DNA of 64,000 nt, taken from positions 744,001-808,000 of the forward strand of contig CDRNST010000056.1 of assembly GCA_977016875.1 (NCBI GenBank), read 5' to 3'. Shown here piece after piece: positions 10,958 through 24,798 of the stretch (within the stretch, counting starts at the first letter, position 1; every line of letters begins with the position of its first letter). A program made the translations under genes and the position numbers. Under the pieces are notes generated by a model. It was not told the DNA's origin and made no database searches. It saw only the letters and a list, made by a program, of their open reading frames with translations. This DNA comes from Pavona decussata (Eukaryota).

Positions 10958-13157
10958 ACCTACCTCTTTTTTATGAAATTAGAGGAGGTTCCTTGTAAAT
11001 TTCTCTGAGCAATGGTTGTCGTTCTATTAAATGCCAGTTTTCCATTAGTATTTGTTTCAAGTTTGTAACTGATGGGTGTATTGCGTGGCAAAAGGCAAGA
11101 TTCTCTTGTTTGTGTGAGGTTTTTGTTGAAGGGCCTGTTTTCTATTTTCAAAAATCACTTCTGAGAGAGTTCTCTGCACTAGATTTTTTGGATAGCCCCT
11201 CTCGATAAGTCGTGATTCGAAATGTTTGATTTTTTTTTTTCAAATGTTGCTTTTGTTGAGTTTGTCTGGAGAAGTCTGAGGGCCTCTCCTTAGATGAAAC
11301 CTCTTTTTACTCCTGGTGGGTGACACGAGGAGAAATGCATATACTGGAATGTCTCAGTAGCTTTGTAGTGAGTGCGTACATCGAGCACTGATTCGGTAAT
11401 GAATCTGTTGCCTTTATAAACCACAGTGTCCAGAAATGTAATTTCAGCCGTGAATTTGATGGTAGGGTGGTGATTGTTGGCTTGTTCAATGAACTGTTGT
11501 AACTCCTCTCTGCTGATATCCCAGAGGGAGAAGATATCCTCAATATATCGTTTCCAAACGAGCAGTTTGAATGCGCTTCGGTTAAGGATTTCTGTTTCGA
11601 CTTTGCCCATAAAAAAAGGGCGAAAGCGACTGCTATTTTCGTTCCCATGGCAGTTCCGTGTGTTTGTAGGTAATTTTTACCACAGAACTGGAATGAGTTT
11701 TCTTGAAGTATAAGGCCTAGCGCTTTTACCAAGAACTGCGTGGGGATAGGAGGTTGGTCATTATAAAAAGAGTTGTATGCTCTGCATACTGTTTGGATTC
11801 CCTTCTCCTGCGGTATGTTAGTATGAAGGCTCGTTACGTCCATTGAGACAAGAATTGTGTTCTCTGGGACTCTAGTTCCCTCCATGAAATTAATGAAGTC
11901 AGTTGTATCTTTGAGATTTGACTTCTACTGTTGTGCTATCGGCTGGAGTAGTTTGTCAACAAATGCTGATAACCTTTCTGTTGGACCTGAAACTCCTGAA
12001 ATTATGGCTCTACCGACTGGAGTCAGTTTGTGTATTTTTGTGAGGGTGTAGAAAACTGGAATTCGAGGCGGATTTTGTGTTTGACAAAGCCATTTTTTAG
12101 TCATTTCGTCAATATGTTGTTCTCGGTAGAGTTCTGTAATTAGTTGTTCAACTCTGACAGATGTTTCTTCAACCATGGGTTCGTCGAGAGGTCTGTAGTG
12201 CTCTATGTTGTCAAGTTGGATTTGTCCATCGGTCTTCTTGTCTGCTAAGCTCATAAAAACGGATGCAGTTCCCTTGTCAGCTTTCTTGATGTTTATTTCA
12301 GTGTTGTTTTTTAAGTCCTTGAGTGCTTTGTGTTCTGCGGGAGGTAGATTATTCTTAGGCTTTGAAATTTGTATTTCCGCTAGTTGAAATTTAACCCTTT
12401 CAAGATAACTCTTCAAAGCAACCGATGGTTGTACTGGTGGTTCCCAGTTAGACTTAACTTAGCTCTCGGCTATCTTAGTTACATTGTTTGTTGTTACATT
12501 GATGTCACTGTTCGCCGAGTGCGCTATTGCTGATCTAGATCTGTTCTTATTTCCATCAGTATTACGGTGGACCACTTTCATGTCTCTTGGAGCTTTAGGC
12601 TGTTTCTGACGCTTTATAGCGATTCTATGCTTTTGAATTTGACGTTCGTGAAAGCTAGTCAGAGCGCTTACGATGCCTTGTTCTGCTTGGTTGAGAATAC
12701 GTTTAAAATCCGACTTAAAGTCAATGTCAGCTCTGATTCTGGCGCTAGCTTTATATTGCAGGGATTTGGGGCAAGATCCCTTGTCGGAATGTCTTTTGAG
12801 AGCCTTCATTGCCTCCTCGCTCTGTTCGATTAGCTTCTCTGGCGAAAGTGTTTCACTGAGACGGCGTTTACGGCCAATCTGGTATCTTTTGCAGTTCTGG
12901 TCCATTGTATGGGTCTCTTCTTCTACACGGCTCTGGTCTTTGCAGTTGTGGACCTCTTTGCGAAGTTCGTCTGCTCGGCGGTTTTGGTTTCCTTTGCGAG
13001 CTTCATCTCTTCGGCTGGTCCTGTCTGTTACGCTTTGTTTCTTGTTTTGGTCTTTTCTGGAATGACCGGCTACTGGAGGCGGTTGGCTGGGTTCAATTTC
13101 ATCTGGGGACACGTATTCTAAGAGTTCGTCTTCTTCTTGTTGGTCTATATGCTCCAT
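10958..13157 (-). mobile_element. Penelope-like retroelement reverse transcriptase, decayed
   Basis: KKADKG, FYTLTKIHK..VGRAIISG, SMDVTSLHTNIP, GTAMG, RYIEDIF and YMHFSSCHP, plus N-terminal ORF 12459-13157. Multiple frameshifts. Confidence 0.85.
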
Positions 13158-14624
13158 AGCTATATCTGTTTGCTCAGTGCTGTTTACGCCTGGTTTTTTA
13201 ACCGGGGATGTTGAGAAATCCCGCGGATGTAAGAATGCTTTCTGTCATGGTCAGGTAAGACCAGGGTTTTGATCCTATCGTATGGATCTCGTCAGTTGCC
13301 GATTATCTCTTCGAAGGAGAATGATAGGAATGAGTTCCCGGTATCATTCCCTATTCGCCAGGGTAACCCTACCTGCCTTGTAAACGCCCTGCTGGGGATA
13401 ACTCGCCTACCCGAGACAACTTTTTACTTGTTTCTAGACCCTTTGATCGTTAATAACAAACGGCCATCATGGCAGACTGCTTACACCGTGGTGCTGGCCG
13501 TGGGGCTCAATGGAGATAAACTTTGCCAGAAACCAAAAATATTTTGAATCAAAAGTTGGGGAGTCCTCTTGTATTTCGTTCTTCCTCACCCGAGTATGAT
13601 GATGAGTCAAATCAAACATCCAGACTGGACAAAAATAATGACTCGCAGTCTGGCGAAAACTATAAAGTGATCATGATTGATTTGATCCAGGAAGGAGAAG
13701 GAAAAGACATTGAGTTTGGTGCGATGACAAGGTAAAAGAGAAAGTCAAGTTTGTGCAAGAGGGCAAATCGACCTGTGACTTTCATCTTCGTTGAATAATT
13801 ATCCTTTTTACATGTCACATTCGAGCGAGTGCTTTATTGTATTCCATAGCCGTGTTTATTTAACATAGCAACTTTCTGTCGCTCTCTAGTACTGAGAAGG
13901 TAACACAACAAAAATCCATCGCATTGATAAGCAGCTGTAACTGGTAGCAACGACAGTAGAATCGAAGTAACTGCCAGAACCCTTCCCTTGTTGGCCATTT
14001 TGTTTGCTATGCATGCGGTTATTAAGTTGTCCCGCGTGGTAGGGTAACCCTACATGTAAAATCTTGCTTGTAAACCGGGGCTATCTTTGACCCGCCTGCT
14101 AGGGTAACCCTAGCACTAGGGTTACCCTCCCTGCTTGTAAACAAGGCCTTAGGATAACTCTTATCAACAAATATAAGATTACTCAACAGTTAAGTACTGG
14201 CATGAAATGTTAAACAGGGGATGGTTGGATATATGGATTAATTGATTGATTCAATTGTACAAATTCCATCAAGGAAGCATTAGAGATGTCATTACATATA
14301 TTGAGGTATAATGTGTTTAATGTTTAATAATGCTTTGTCATGCTAGTATATGTGCAATAAAAAAATGAAATTTCAAAAGTTATAAAAAGCGCATGACCGG
14401 AGAATAATAAATTATTGGGGGAAACTAAATTCCCATACGAAGAATAATCTCAAAAAATGTAAACATTCTAAAAAAAAAAAGAAAAAAAATGAAACAAATA
14501 TTAAATGCGGCTGAAAACTAGCTTAATGAAATTACCTACTAAAATTGATACTAAGAATTGTGAAGTAAAATTTATAAATGGCCCAATATAAAAATGTAAA
14601 AGGAAAACATGTAACAATTCTCAC

Positions 14625-17560
14625 CTTCTCTGATTTTATTGCCATCTCCTTTGCATGGCAGTGAGGGATGTGAGAGGTCACAACATCTTTACAGAAAGAC
14701 AGATAGGGTATTTCTTCTGTTAATACTCTTTCCATTAAACGAGTATAGTTTCCCCTCTGAAAAATATGGTCTGGGCCTGTAGGTATGACTTTTTAATTCT
14801 CCAGCTCCATAACAGAATCACATAATGGCTTGTCATCTGGCAAATGATTACGCTACACTTTAGCGACTTTCACATTGTTAATCCAATGATGATCTTTGTT
14901 CTGATTGTCCTCAGTCATTTCCCTGACTCTCTGAAAAATGTCTAAATTGTCAAAAGCAATTTTCCATCCAGGTCCAATCTCACTTTCAGTAACATTCCCT
15001 CTGGCGGCGGGAGACAGTGTTGAAGCCTTCACAATGAATTGCAGAAACTGTTGGACATGTATGGAACGTGGCCCCAATCACCACTTCATTGTCAGCAATA
15101 ACAGGTTGATTTACTAAGGTAGAAGAAGGTGTTGCCTGGCTCAAGCTACCATGAGGATTCATAGAACCTGCTGGACAAGTATGCAATGTGCCACCAGTCA
15201 CCACATTGTTACCAGCAACAACAGTTGGATTTGTGACGTTGGATGGAGGTGTCAGCTGGGTACTACTCAAGCCCTCAAGAAGAGTTGAAGAAGCTGTCTC
15301 ACATGTTTGGAATGTGGGGCTACACATCTCATGGCTGCATTGGAAACCTGCATTACTGATGAGCAAAGCAAATTTAGATATTCTCCATGATCTTGGCGTA
15401 AGTGCAAAGACAGCACAGCTTTATCTTTTCTTTTCTGTCTCAGCAACTCAGCATTAAACAACTGGCCAAATTCATCAGATTTCTTATTGATACCCCAAGC
15501 CGCAAGGAGGAAAGGAAATTGCACATGAGCAATAAATCAAAATAAAATAAAATAAAAATAAATTGTTTAACAAATTTATTTCATATATTCAGCCACAGCC
15601 TTTTCTCTCTCAATGTGCATTTCAACAGTCCTTTGTTTCTGCAAATGTAGTAGTGAAATGTTAATGTTATGGTTTAACTTTGGTTTAAATTCTTTTAAAC
15701 CAGTTTGGCTTGATTTCCATAGTGATAAATTCACTATCGTAATTTGAAACAAAGGGAACCGCAGATTAAACTGGTTTTGAAACTTTTCCACCTGAGGTAA
15801 ATTTAAACTACAACATTGCAATAAATAATAAAATGGAAGTCTTCATCCAATAGTTAAGTACTCAGAGTATTAACTAGAGCTGCGAATATAATTATAGGGT
15901 TGTGGAGTTTAATTCATTATTTATGCTCAGACACTAATGGCACTGAACATAGAGAATTTCACTTGGATGTTTAGAACTCAATTGAATTTTTTTAATTCAC
16001 ATTAAATCTTAAATTTCCCTCACCTGGAAGCCTGTGTACTTTATCAGTGTTGTGACCATTCTCTGGCAGCATTGCTTAAAAACCACAGCTGCTACCACCA
16101 CCACACTTGGTAACTAATTTTCTTCATCTGATTCAGATCTTTTTCTTCGAGCTGGGGTAGCTGCTGACATCAGCACAGAATGCAGTAAAGGGCAGCGATT
16201 ATTCAAGTCAGTGCTGACTTTTTTAAGGATAGATGTTGCATCTTTGGAGCAGATGGTTTCCTTAGCAGTGGAGGATCTTTTTTTAGATACCATAGCACAG
16301 CACTCCCGTTTCCAAATTTCTTTCAGAAAAAGCTTACACATTTCAGCTCTTAATTCATTGACACCAAACACTGCTCTGGAAATGTCACTCCATGTACCTT
16401 GCAGCAAGGTTCTGCCAAGGGGTTCAAGCTCCGTTTTCAGCTTGTGATGCTTGACTTGTGATGGCCAGGAAACTGAAACCTTTTAGTGATAATAAAAGGA
16501 CATCTATTTGTGTTATGGTACAGTATGGTATGGGTTCATCATTGTTTTAACTCTCCTTCTTATACCCGCACAATATGTCAAAGCTGATACCACATGAACA
16601 TCTACAAATATAGCTCGTCCCTTCTTGCCTTTTACAGTGGGAAGCTATGAGACGGGCTATGCAGACCAGTACATAAAAAGGATTTAAAACTGAAAAAGGT
16701 GAGAAAATAAATCATGAAAATTTGCTCAAGTACTCTTGTCCATGGTCACATCTCTTGCAAAATAGGTGATTGCCATACATGTAGTTGCGAATAAGGATTG
16801 AATGACTCACTCACTAATTTGTTTTTGGTTGTCAAACTAAACTCAGGCTACATTCAAAACAGATTCAATTGTACAGCGAGCTGAAAGTTACAAAAATGGT
16901 TGTAGATATGCTTACTTGAAAATGATGAAAATCAATTACCTTAACAAAGGTTAAAGCTTGAAATAACTAGGAAATTGGCGCATGATTTATATAATCTACA
17001 GAAGAATCTCGGTTTCTTGAACTTCCTAGAGAAATGAAAAATGCTTCATGAAATCGAGAGGTTTGAGAACTACACAAACCGGGGTTCGAATTATGCAATG
17101 AAATTAAATAGGACTAATTTCATACCTTTACACCAAGTTCCTTGTTCGGCTTCACCAAACCTGACGCCTCGAGTGAAAGATTTCTGTCCAAAGAAGTACA
17201 TGTGGTAGGGCAAGGTGTTGCAATGTGTGAAAGCTCGTAATTAAATTGATTTCCACCTGAGGTTGGCACAGGGCTGCTTGTGCATGTTGCAGACGGCTTC
17301 ACGTGGGATGTCAAGGAACTTTCCATTCCAAATTCAAGGCTTCGCGCTGCTTGCCCAAATCTCCTGCTTTGCATTTTGTTTTCCGCTGCAGCAATATTTT
17401 GTACAAGTTTCGACCAGTCTTTTACCCGAACTACAACAGAACAGCAACCCAAAATGGCCAACAGAGCTTGTTGAAATCTACGGAACGAAGTCAAACAAAT
17501 GTGCTAAATTTCGCGGGATTTTTAGCAAAAGGTCAGTGATAGCTGCCTTTACATCTGTTC
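14625..17560 (-). pseudogene. Academ transposase N-terminal exons, spliced and truncated
   Basis: WKIAFDNLDIFQRVREMTEDNQNKDHHW and HIPHCHAKEMAIKSEK|gt. Exon-like ORFs at 16114-16407 and 17120-17494, inside the TIRs. Confidence 0.7.
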
Positions 17561-17875
17561 TAATGTAATACCTTTCCCCCGTATCAACTCCTTTTCTATA
17601 GAGAATGCAAGTCTCATACATATTATTAGCATTACAAAGCGTTTCCATATTCATTCCTTCGCCGCCTCAGCCACCATTTTGAAACTGAATGCGAATTTAT
17701 GCGGTATGGTTGATTCTCGCAATTTTAATTATGCCATATTAATGCCGGGAGATTTACGTCATCAGTATGGAATTTCTGGCGGCGAATTGCAGACGTCTCT
17801 CTTCGCGTTTGGCACGTAGTAGTGGTAACGAATGAGAGGCGCTGTATGCGCAGGCTAAAGCCTGTGGGGATGTGC

Positions 17876-18107
17876 CAGAATCGTACCCAGTCGCTATTTA
17901 CGTGTTTTGTGAGGTGAGAAGATTGGATACGAGGATGGAGAGAGGTGTGCAGGGTGTCATGGGAAGAGCACGGATCTGTCACATGAAATCTGCCAGTCGC
18001 TGCTTTTCCTTCGCCTCTTTCCATGACACCCTGCGTGCCTCAATCCATCCTCGTATCCAATCTTCTCACCCCACAAAACACGTTAATAGGGATTGGGTAC
18101 GAGTCTG
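17876..18107. mobile_element. Non-autonomous foldback element (Academ-like) with perfect 9-bp TSD
   Basis: TIRs cagaatcgtacccagtc and gattgggtacgagtctg. TSD gggatgtgc at 17867-17875 and 18108-18116. Confidence 0.85.
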
Positions 18108-19407
18108 GGGATGTGCCGCTGGATGATGTCGCATTTTCATGACTGGATTGATTAGAATGGAGTTGCATTTTCAATAGAGTTACTAGAATGGGGTCGCATA
18201 TTTTCGGATTTTTGGGGTAAAAAATTATATTAATTAGGGATTCAAAATGGTCTCGGTTAAAAAGTTCAGAAAGTTGTTGTTTATTAAATGTAACAATCAC
18301 CTCGCATTACATTCCGTTCTTTCACTTCATTTTAGGATGACTTATTTAAAGGGTTAATAAAGTAGGTGCATAAATAGAAAGTGACTCAGTTGGGATCGCA
18401 AAAATTACATTTTCCCAAAAGTGACTAAGATGGGGTCTATAACTGGCCACAGAATAGACTACACTGGGTAGGAAATAAATTCATTGAACATGACAGCGCT
18501 GCACGCCCATTTTACATTTCGTCACGTCAGAAATAGATTTTCAGCCGCAAACTAGCCTGTGGAACTACGAAAAGACCATGCTCATCAAAATAGTTGCTTT
18601 GTTCAGAAACCTTTAATCTCCTCATCTGATGCTCCAATACGAGTAAAGAGGGCTTTCCACCCAACCCCAGCTTCGTGACGTTTTGCGAGTCACGTATTTC
18701 TAGTAAATTCTGTCTTGAATGGGATAGGGAAATCAGAGAATTGTGTCTTAAACAGGGTCAGGGTTTGAACGCCCAGGCTGCACCTCCTTACCCAAGCGTC
18801 TGTTGAGTACCCCCTCAGGTTTTGGCGAACCATATGTTGTAGAAACAAAGTTTGCTTGTCAGGAACAAGGTAATGTTTTTGTCTCCAGTCAACATCTATT
18901 TCCCTTCCCATACAGAATTATTTGCCCATTTCAGGCGCCATGGAAACAATGTTGACTAGATTGTGCGTGACAGTTGTTCCTGGAAAATTGCTTCCTTGTT
19001 AGCCACCTGCGGCTGGCCACAAAACAGTTTTGTTGCTTCCCGCTAGTTTTAACACCTAGGTAACATGACAAGAACCAATGTCTCTGCAACAATGTTTCCT
19101 ACTTTAGCCCCGCAGATGTTTGACCAATTTGTGTTTGACTCAAAATTTTGATTGCACTACGATACTTGGCTAGCTCTTTTAAAGCTCATCAGTAACTGGC
19201 ACATGCTGTATGTACGTGTCTACAAAAAGTTGTTTCCTTGGGTGATTTAAAATCACTAAAGATACGTCGAGTTTCTGAGCCCAAAAAGGCATTATTAAGA
19301 AAAGTGACATGTCTGGTTCTAATCCCCATGTTAAGTAGGCAAAGGAAAAGTCTCCCACCCCACAAGATGTTTTTGTCAGGTTTTTCACCCTCGGGGGAAA
19401 GAGGAAA

Positions 19408-19531
19408 GCGTATTAACTTTGCGATTTATAAATCGCAAGCATATTAACTTTGCGATTTATAAATCGCAAGCGTAGTAACTTTGCGATTTATAAATCGCAA
19501 GTTTCCTAACTTTGCGATTTGAAAATCTCAA
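19408..19531. repeat. 4 x 31-bp tandem array containing a 20-bp palindrome
   Basis: ttgcgatttataaatcgcaa at 19419, 19450 and 19481; degenerate copy at 19512. Confidence 0.95.
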
Positions 19532-20475
19532 ATGTGTGATTTATATAGTATCAGGTTGTGTTTGCGGGCTCGGCCATAGGCAGTGGCATTTCAAAACAAA
19601 GCAGCCGTGTGCCTTTGGCGGGAATCTCCGATCGAAGAAAATATGGCAGACAGCGATTCCCTGGAAAGGCGCATATCCACAGCAGTGTCCTTGGCTATTA
19701 GTGAGGCACTAGCCGCCCAAAGACAATCACAGCAAATACCGGTAAGGACATGATTCTTGTCGATCAAAACAAATCACTTCATTGGCTTTTTGTTCGTAAG
19801 GAACAGCCATGGAAGAACAGCAACTGTACTTCGCTGATTGGCGATCGCTCCCGGGCGGTGCTTTACTCCATTTCTTCAAATACTGACTGGTATGCTTTAC
19901 TACTAAATCCATAGAGTGGTTCTGCTGCTGCTAACCAACTACTGGCACCCAATCCGCCTGCAGCTCTAACTCAGGTAACCATATGTACATCGATTTTATT
20001 ATATTTATGCAGCCAATGTTTGCAATTCAGTGTGCAATCGATAGATGACCTTTTTATTGGATATGTTGGAAGGGACTGTACTTCGCAATCACGGACTAGG
20101 TTTGCAAAGTCAGGAATAAATTTTCATTTTAAAAAACTAATGAAATCCATAGATAAAGAAGTCAATTAATAATTGATAAAATATAAAACAACTGATGAAT
20201 GCCTCCATTAAATTTTTACCACGATTCTTTCTCCGTCTAGGATGAAACTGCCGGACATTCTTTGTCAGTAGGGGGTACCGGGGAGTATTCCGAACAGTCG
20301 CCTGCAAGTTTGAGGTAAAGCTTTAGTAGTGCAACGCTAAAAATAAAATAAGGTTTAGTAACCTGTATCACGCAACATGTTTGTTTATGCTAGAGAAACT
20401 GGTGAGTTTGTTAATGTTTTCCAACCGCTTCTTGTGTGTATCAACTATTAGTAATGTAAACATTTTTGTTTTTAG

Positions 20476-21600
20476 TGAAGCAAGGAGATGCGGAAGACCA
20501 TGTAAAACCGTCTCTAGGGACCTTCTGGCAAACCTTCTGCGTCTAAAAGTGCCTGTTTCTGAAATCGCTTATTTCTTTGATGTATCCCGACCGGCGATCT
20601 ACAAAGCCATAAGGGAATTCCAAATAGATTACAGCAAATTTTCAGACTTATCTGATGATCAATTGCAATCGGGTGTGACTTCTATAAAAGAGCATCATCC
20701 GCGCGGTGGAGAAGTAATAGTTCAAGGCCATTTAAGAGCACAAGGTGTTCATGTATAGCGCGACCAATTGCGTTCTGTGATACATCAGATCAATCCGATT
20801 GGTGCAACAACAAGAAGGAGACTCCCTATTCGACGAAGGGTGTATTCTGTGCCATGCCCTAATTATATTTGGCACATAGATGGTAACCATAAACTTATTC
20901 GATGGAGGATGGTTCTCCACCATGCTGTCGACAGCTTCAGTCGTCTGGTTGTATTCGGCAAGTGTTCCACTAATTATGGAGCATCTACTGTACTGGCCCT
21001 GTACCAGGAAGCACTACTAGAGTATGGGCATCCCTTTAGAGTTAGAACCGATCACGGCGGAGAAAATGTAGATGTGTGGCACGTCATGAACACTGCCTGG
21101 GGAAAGGATGCCAGGTCAGTTATCGTTGGGAGTTCAGTGCATAACCAGCGCATCGAACGTCATAACCGAGCCGTCAAGGAACAAGAATTCATTGGTTTTA
21201 AGGAAGAATTTTACGATCTTGAGAGGCAAGGGATTTTAGATCCTTTAAACGATACAGATATGTTCTGTTTCAATATGTTTACTTACCGAGAATAAATAAA
21301 AGGCTCTCCGAATTTATTGATGCCCAAAGCAATCACCCTATCTCCACTGAAGGGAACAATTCGCCAGCCCAATTATTTTAGGTGAATCTCAACCTCACAG
21401 CATTTCAAGGTGGCACTCCTGGCACTGCTGCATGGCACGGTGTAAATGTTCAAGACTTGATGTCGAGCCAAACGCTACCACTTGTGCACGTTCCTGATAC
21501 GCCAAATCCCCTTGATGACGCCTCTTTCTTGCAGCTGCAACGTGTCGTCCAACCCCTCTCGCCTGCCAGGGGTATGGACCTCTACCGCTGCACTGTTTAA
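20476..21600 (+). pseudogene. IS3EU-like integrase-core DDE transposase with N-terminal HTH
   Basis: GRP...IAYFFDVSRPAIYK, RRRVYSVPCPNYIWHIDGNHKLIRW, VRTDHGGEN and GSSVHNQRIER. Stop at 20758 and a frameshift near 21270. Confidence 0.8.
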
Positions 21601-22662
21601 TTGGTTGGAAGGACAATGCAAAATAAAGTGACCGACGACCCGCAGAATAAATGTCGAACGAAGGTGAAAAGCCAGAGGAAAAAAAAATTTCAAAAGGCCT
21701 GTATGTCTGTCAGTTAAGTTTTGCATAACTGTATGGATTCTCATATATTTCTTATATTCCATGCAGTTGTAACATTTATTGGAAGTTTGCATTTATAATT
21801 AGTACATTTTTCCATGGTGTTATGAAAGGAAAGGAAGAGGTTGAAGGTCTTTAAAGTCCTGAGACATTGGACATTTTATACAGTGGATTCATTGTTCTAG
21901 GATTGCAGTGCTGTAAATACCATTGCACCATGTAACCATAACATCAACATCATATCACTAATAGATTCTACAAACAGTTCCCAAACTCGAGCATTAACCT
22001 AGACCAACATGTAACCTCCCTTAAGACTTTACTTTATCGCCTGATTTGAACGAAAGCATTTTAAATTTATATCAAAAGAAAGCTTTTTAAAATGTAGAAT
22101 CTGACTGAATTGTACAACCGAGTATCATTCAATTGAATTAACAGGGTAAATAGGTTTGCCGGATTTTTTGTGAGATTCCGCCAAAAGTTTCCTTGGATAA
22201 TTACCAACAAAATGGTTTCAGGGAATTTTTATATTTAAAGTATTTTTCCAGTGGTGCCTTTCAACAAAAAACACACTGTAAATTATTTCCTACTTAACAT
22301 TGACAGGCATAGAAAAAAACAACCAATGAGAATATCAAAAAAAAACCTTACACCCTTTTGACGATTGACCCTTTGTGATTAACACTGTACAGTTGCTTTG
22401 CTTCAGCACTTTGATTCGATACAGTTGGATGACCCTTGTTCATGTTGGCGTTTATAGATTCTCCTTGCTTATTGACGACAACATATCAAATGACAGCAGT
22501 GTACTCATTTATAATTCTTCCCAAATCATACACTTGGTAAGCTTTAATTTGTAATGACATAATTATAGTTTGCTATTGTTTCGTTTAAAATCTAACGCGT
22601 ACAATTTTTTATCTGAAGGACACCAACGAAGGTTATCAGTAACCTTAAACATGTCAAAAAAG

Positions 22663-22897
22663 TTATGCCTGTCCAAAACAGGGAGAGTTTAGAATCGAGT
22701 GGTCCATTTTTTCTTTGAAATCGTCATAGTTGTCATAAACGGTTGGCAACCTCACTAGTTCCACAGGTGTTGGCTGTGGGGAACAGCTTATCTATAAAAT
22801 AGATAGTCGGAATGGTGTCAAATCCCAGAGTCTGAGGTACTTCCGCGCCTGTGACAAATAGCAGGACATCTCCCAGAGGATGCTTGGGCGTAATCGC
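22663..22897 (-). pseudogene. HECT E3 ligase C-lobe last exon (G2E3-like), one frameshift
   Basis: LGDVLLFVTGAEVPQTLGFD...LFPTANTCG / LPTVYDNYDDFKEKMDHSILNSPCFGQA*. Preceded by a ttttcag acceptor. Confidence 0.75.
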
Positions 22898-24798
22898 CTG
22901 AAAATAAAATGGAAAGAAATAACCCTCGGCATTTTAATTGGAATGTTCTTTTCAACCTGAGGAATCTAGAGCCAAAAGAAAACCTTAAGTGTTGAATACG
23001 GCCTAGTGAAAACATCCTTGGTTTACGTTAACAAGATTTTAGAACTATTGGAGTCACAGGATTAAACTTGGGAATAGTAAAATCGTAGATTCATAAATTG
23101 CGTCCTTTATCGCGACTGTGAAACGGATAAGCTTACAATATTTCCGACTTTATATCAAACAAGAATATCCTAATCCTGTTTACTTCAATCACTAGCGCAG
23201 TTATTTGCGTTCTTTGATCAGTAGCCATTCTACCTTACTAAATTTCCTACAACCTCGTCCCAGGGCTATCCTCTTTCAAAATGCCGGCCGGCAGGTTGAT
23301 AGCCCTGGCAAACAGCAGATCACGTGACCATAGATTTAGCAATTCATAATCCCCAAAACAGCCGCTCTGGAGTTTCAGACACACCCCCCCCCCCCCCCCC
23401 AATAAAACTGTGCATAATCTGATAACCTGCCTACATAACTATAACTATGCCTGCCATTTATAAATCGCAAAGTTACAACCTCTGCGATTTACTAAATAAC
23501 ATAAAAAGTAGAGAAAAAATCACTAAATAATATTTTTACACTTGGCACCCCATATCCTGCAACAACAGTTTGTCATACATAGTTGTATGTGTGTATGATG
23601 AGTGAAGTGCTAACCTGTTTTGTAATCTTTACATATTATATGGGCACATTTGGTGCATTTGGCAGCAGAGCCTTGAGTTCCCCTTAATATTTTTGTTTTG
23701 GGAAGCATTTTCTGTTGTGTTTTGTTTACAATGTTTATATGGAGTCAAAATTGGTATAGTCTTACAAAACTTTATTGTGAAATGCAAAATGTTTTTGATT
23801 TGACAATATCTTCGTCAACAGCAAAATGAGTGCTTACTTACATCTCAATAACTAAAACATGTTAACAAATCATATTTTTACATCAATATGAAAGTACGGG
23901 TATAGCGCCTTGATATAAGTATGGCAGCAAAAGTATTGAGTTAACGATAACTGGAACTGTACTTCTAGGCTAAAATAAATTCATAAGAAAATCTAATTAT
24001 CCTACAGGTAGAATTAACAGTAATGTAGTGAAGTGTTTTGTTTTGAAACGATGGTAGTTAACATCTACTTAGAACGTGGTACTTGATCAATATGATGTAA
24101 CACAATTTGTTTTGGTTTATAGTAATATTATCATTGTGAAAACACAGTTTCACTGACAGAAGGAAACGTGTAATGTGGTTTTGCAAACAATTTGCTTGAA
24201 GCATTAGTGCCCTTTACTAAGACTGTGCATTAAAGGGGTCGGTACATTTCGCTGACCCCCAGTCCATGGACTATCCCTATGGACTACCTAAATGGACTAC
24301 CAAAATGGACTACCCTAAATTACCTACCTTGAAAACTAAAAAGATTACTGAAGCTTAGACTTATAACAGATGCCATATTTTTCCGTGGGATTGGTACGCT
24401 TCGATGAAGCGAGCGCAATCTGGGGAGAGTGTCTAAACTACCGAGGGGAGCCGGATTGGGCCAACTCTGCTCCCCTCCCCTCAAAAGTTTAGACACTCTC
24501 CCCAAATCGCGCTCACTCTTACAAACAACAATGGCGGCAGCTCCATCCAAGCATACCAGTCTCAAGAATCCCACAGAAAAATATATCTCTGCCATCTTTT
24601 TTGGTTTTTATTTTAATGCTGCTGGTGAGCTGATTTGCAGGCACATTCATTCGTCACGCGTGATGGCTGACACGCCAGATGAATTTATAGTCTTGTATAG
24701 ACGATTCCTTGCTCAATATGGTAAGTAAAGAAGATACTACTCAAAAGTAGATCACGTGACACATGATTAGCCGCTTCCCAAAACCATTACCTTATTTA

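Larger units (their letters stand above)
10141..17857. mobile_element. AcademH-type DNA transposon, internally deleted, with a nested Penelope-like element
   Basis: TIRs of about 110 bp starting TAG (tagactgtgaatacagccgcctctcattcg...cagaaattccatactgatgacgtaaatct; reverse copy at about 17750-17857). 9-bp TSD aggcttgtg/aagcctgtg (7/9 match). Convergent RecQ helicase and Academ transposase. Confidence 0.85.
10108..18470. mobile_element. Host MITE split by the AcademH element and by a second MITE
   Basis: The start cctcgggggatatttccttataagaggcttgtg (10108-10140) continues after 17866 and 18116 as gggatgtgccgctggatg...cgcattttcatgactggattga. Confidence 0.55.

Noticed and set aside
10958-11300. 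Endonuclease-less Penelope lineage
   Set aside because: The element is cut at the junction with the RecQ fragment, so the absence of GIY-YIG cannot be judged.
19408-19531. CRISPR array
   Set aside because: Spacers are only 11 bp and nearly identical, there are no cas genes, and the context is eukaryotic.
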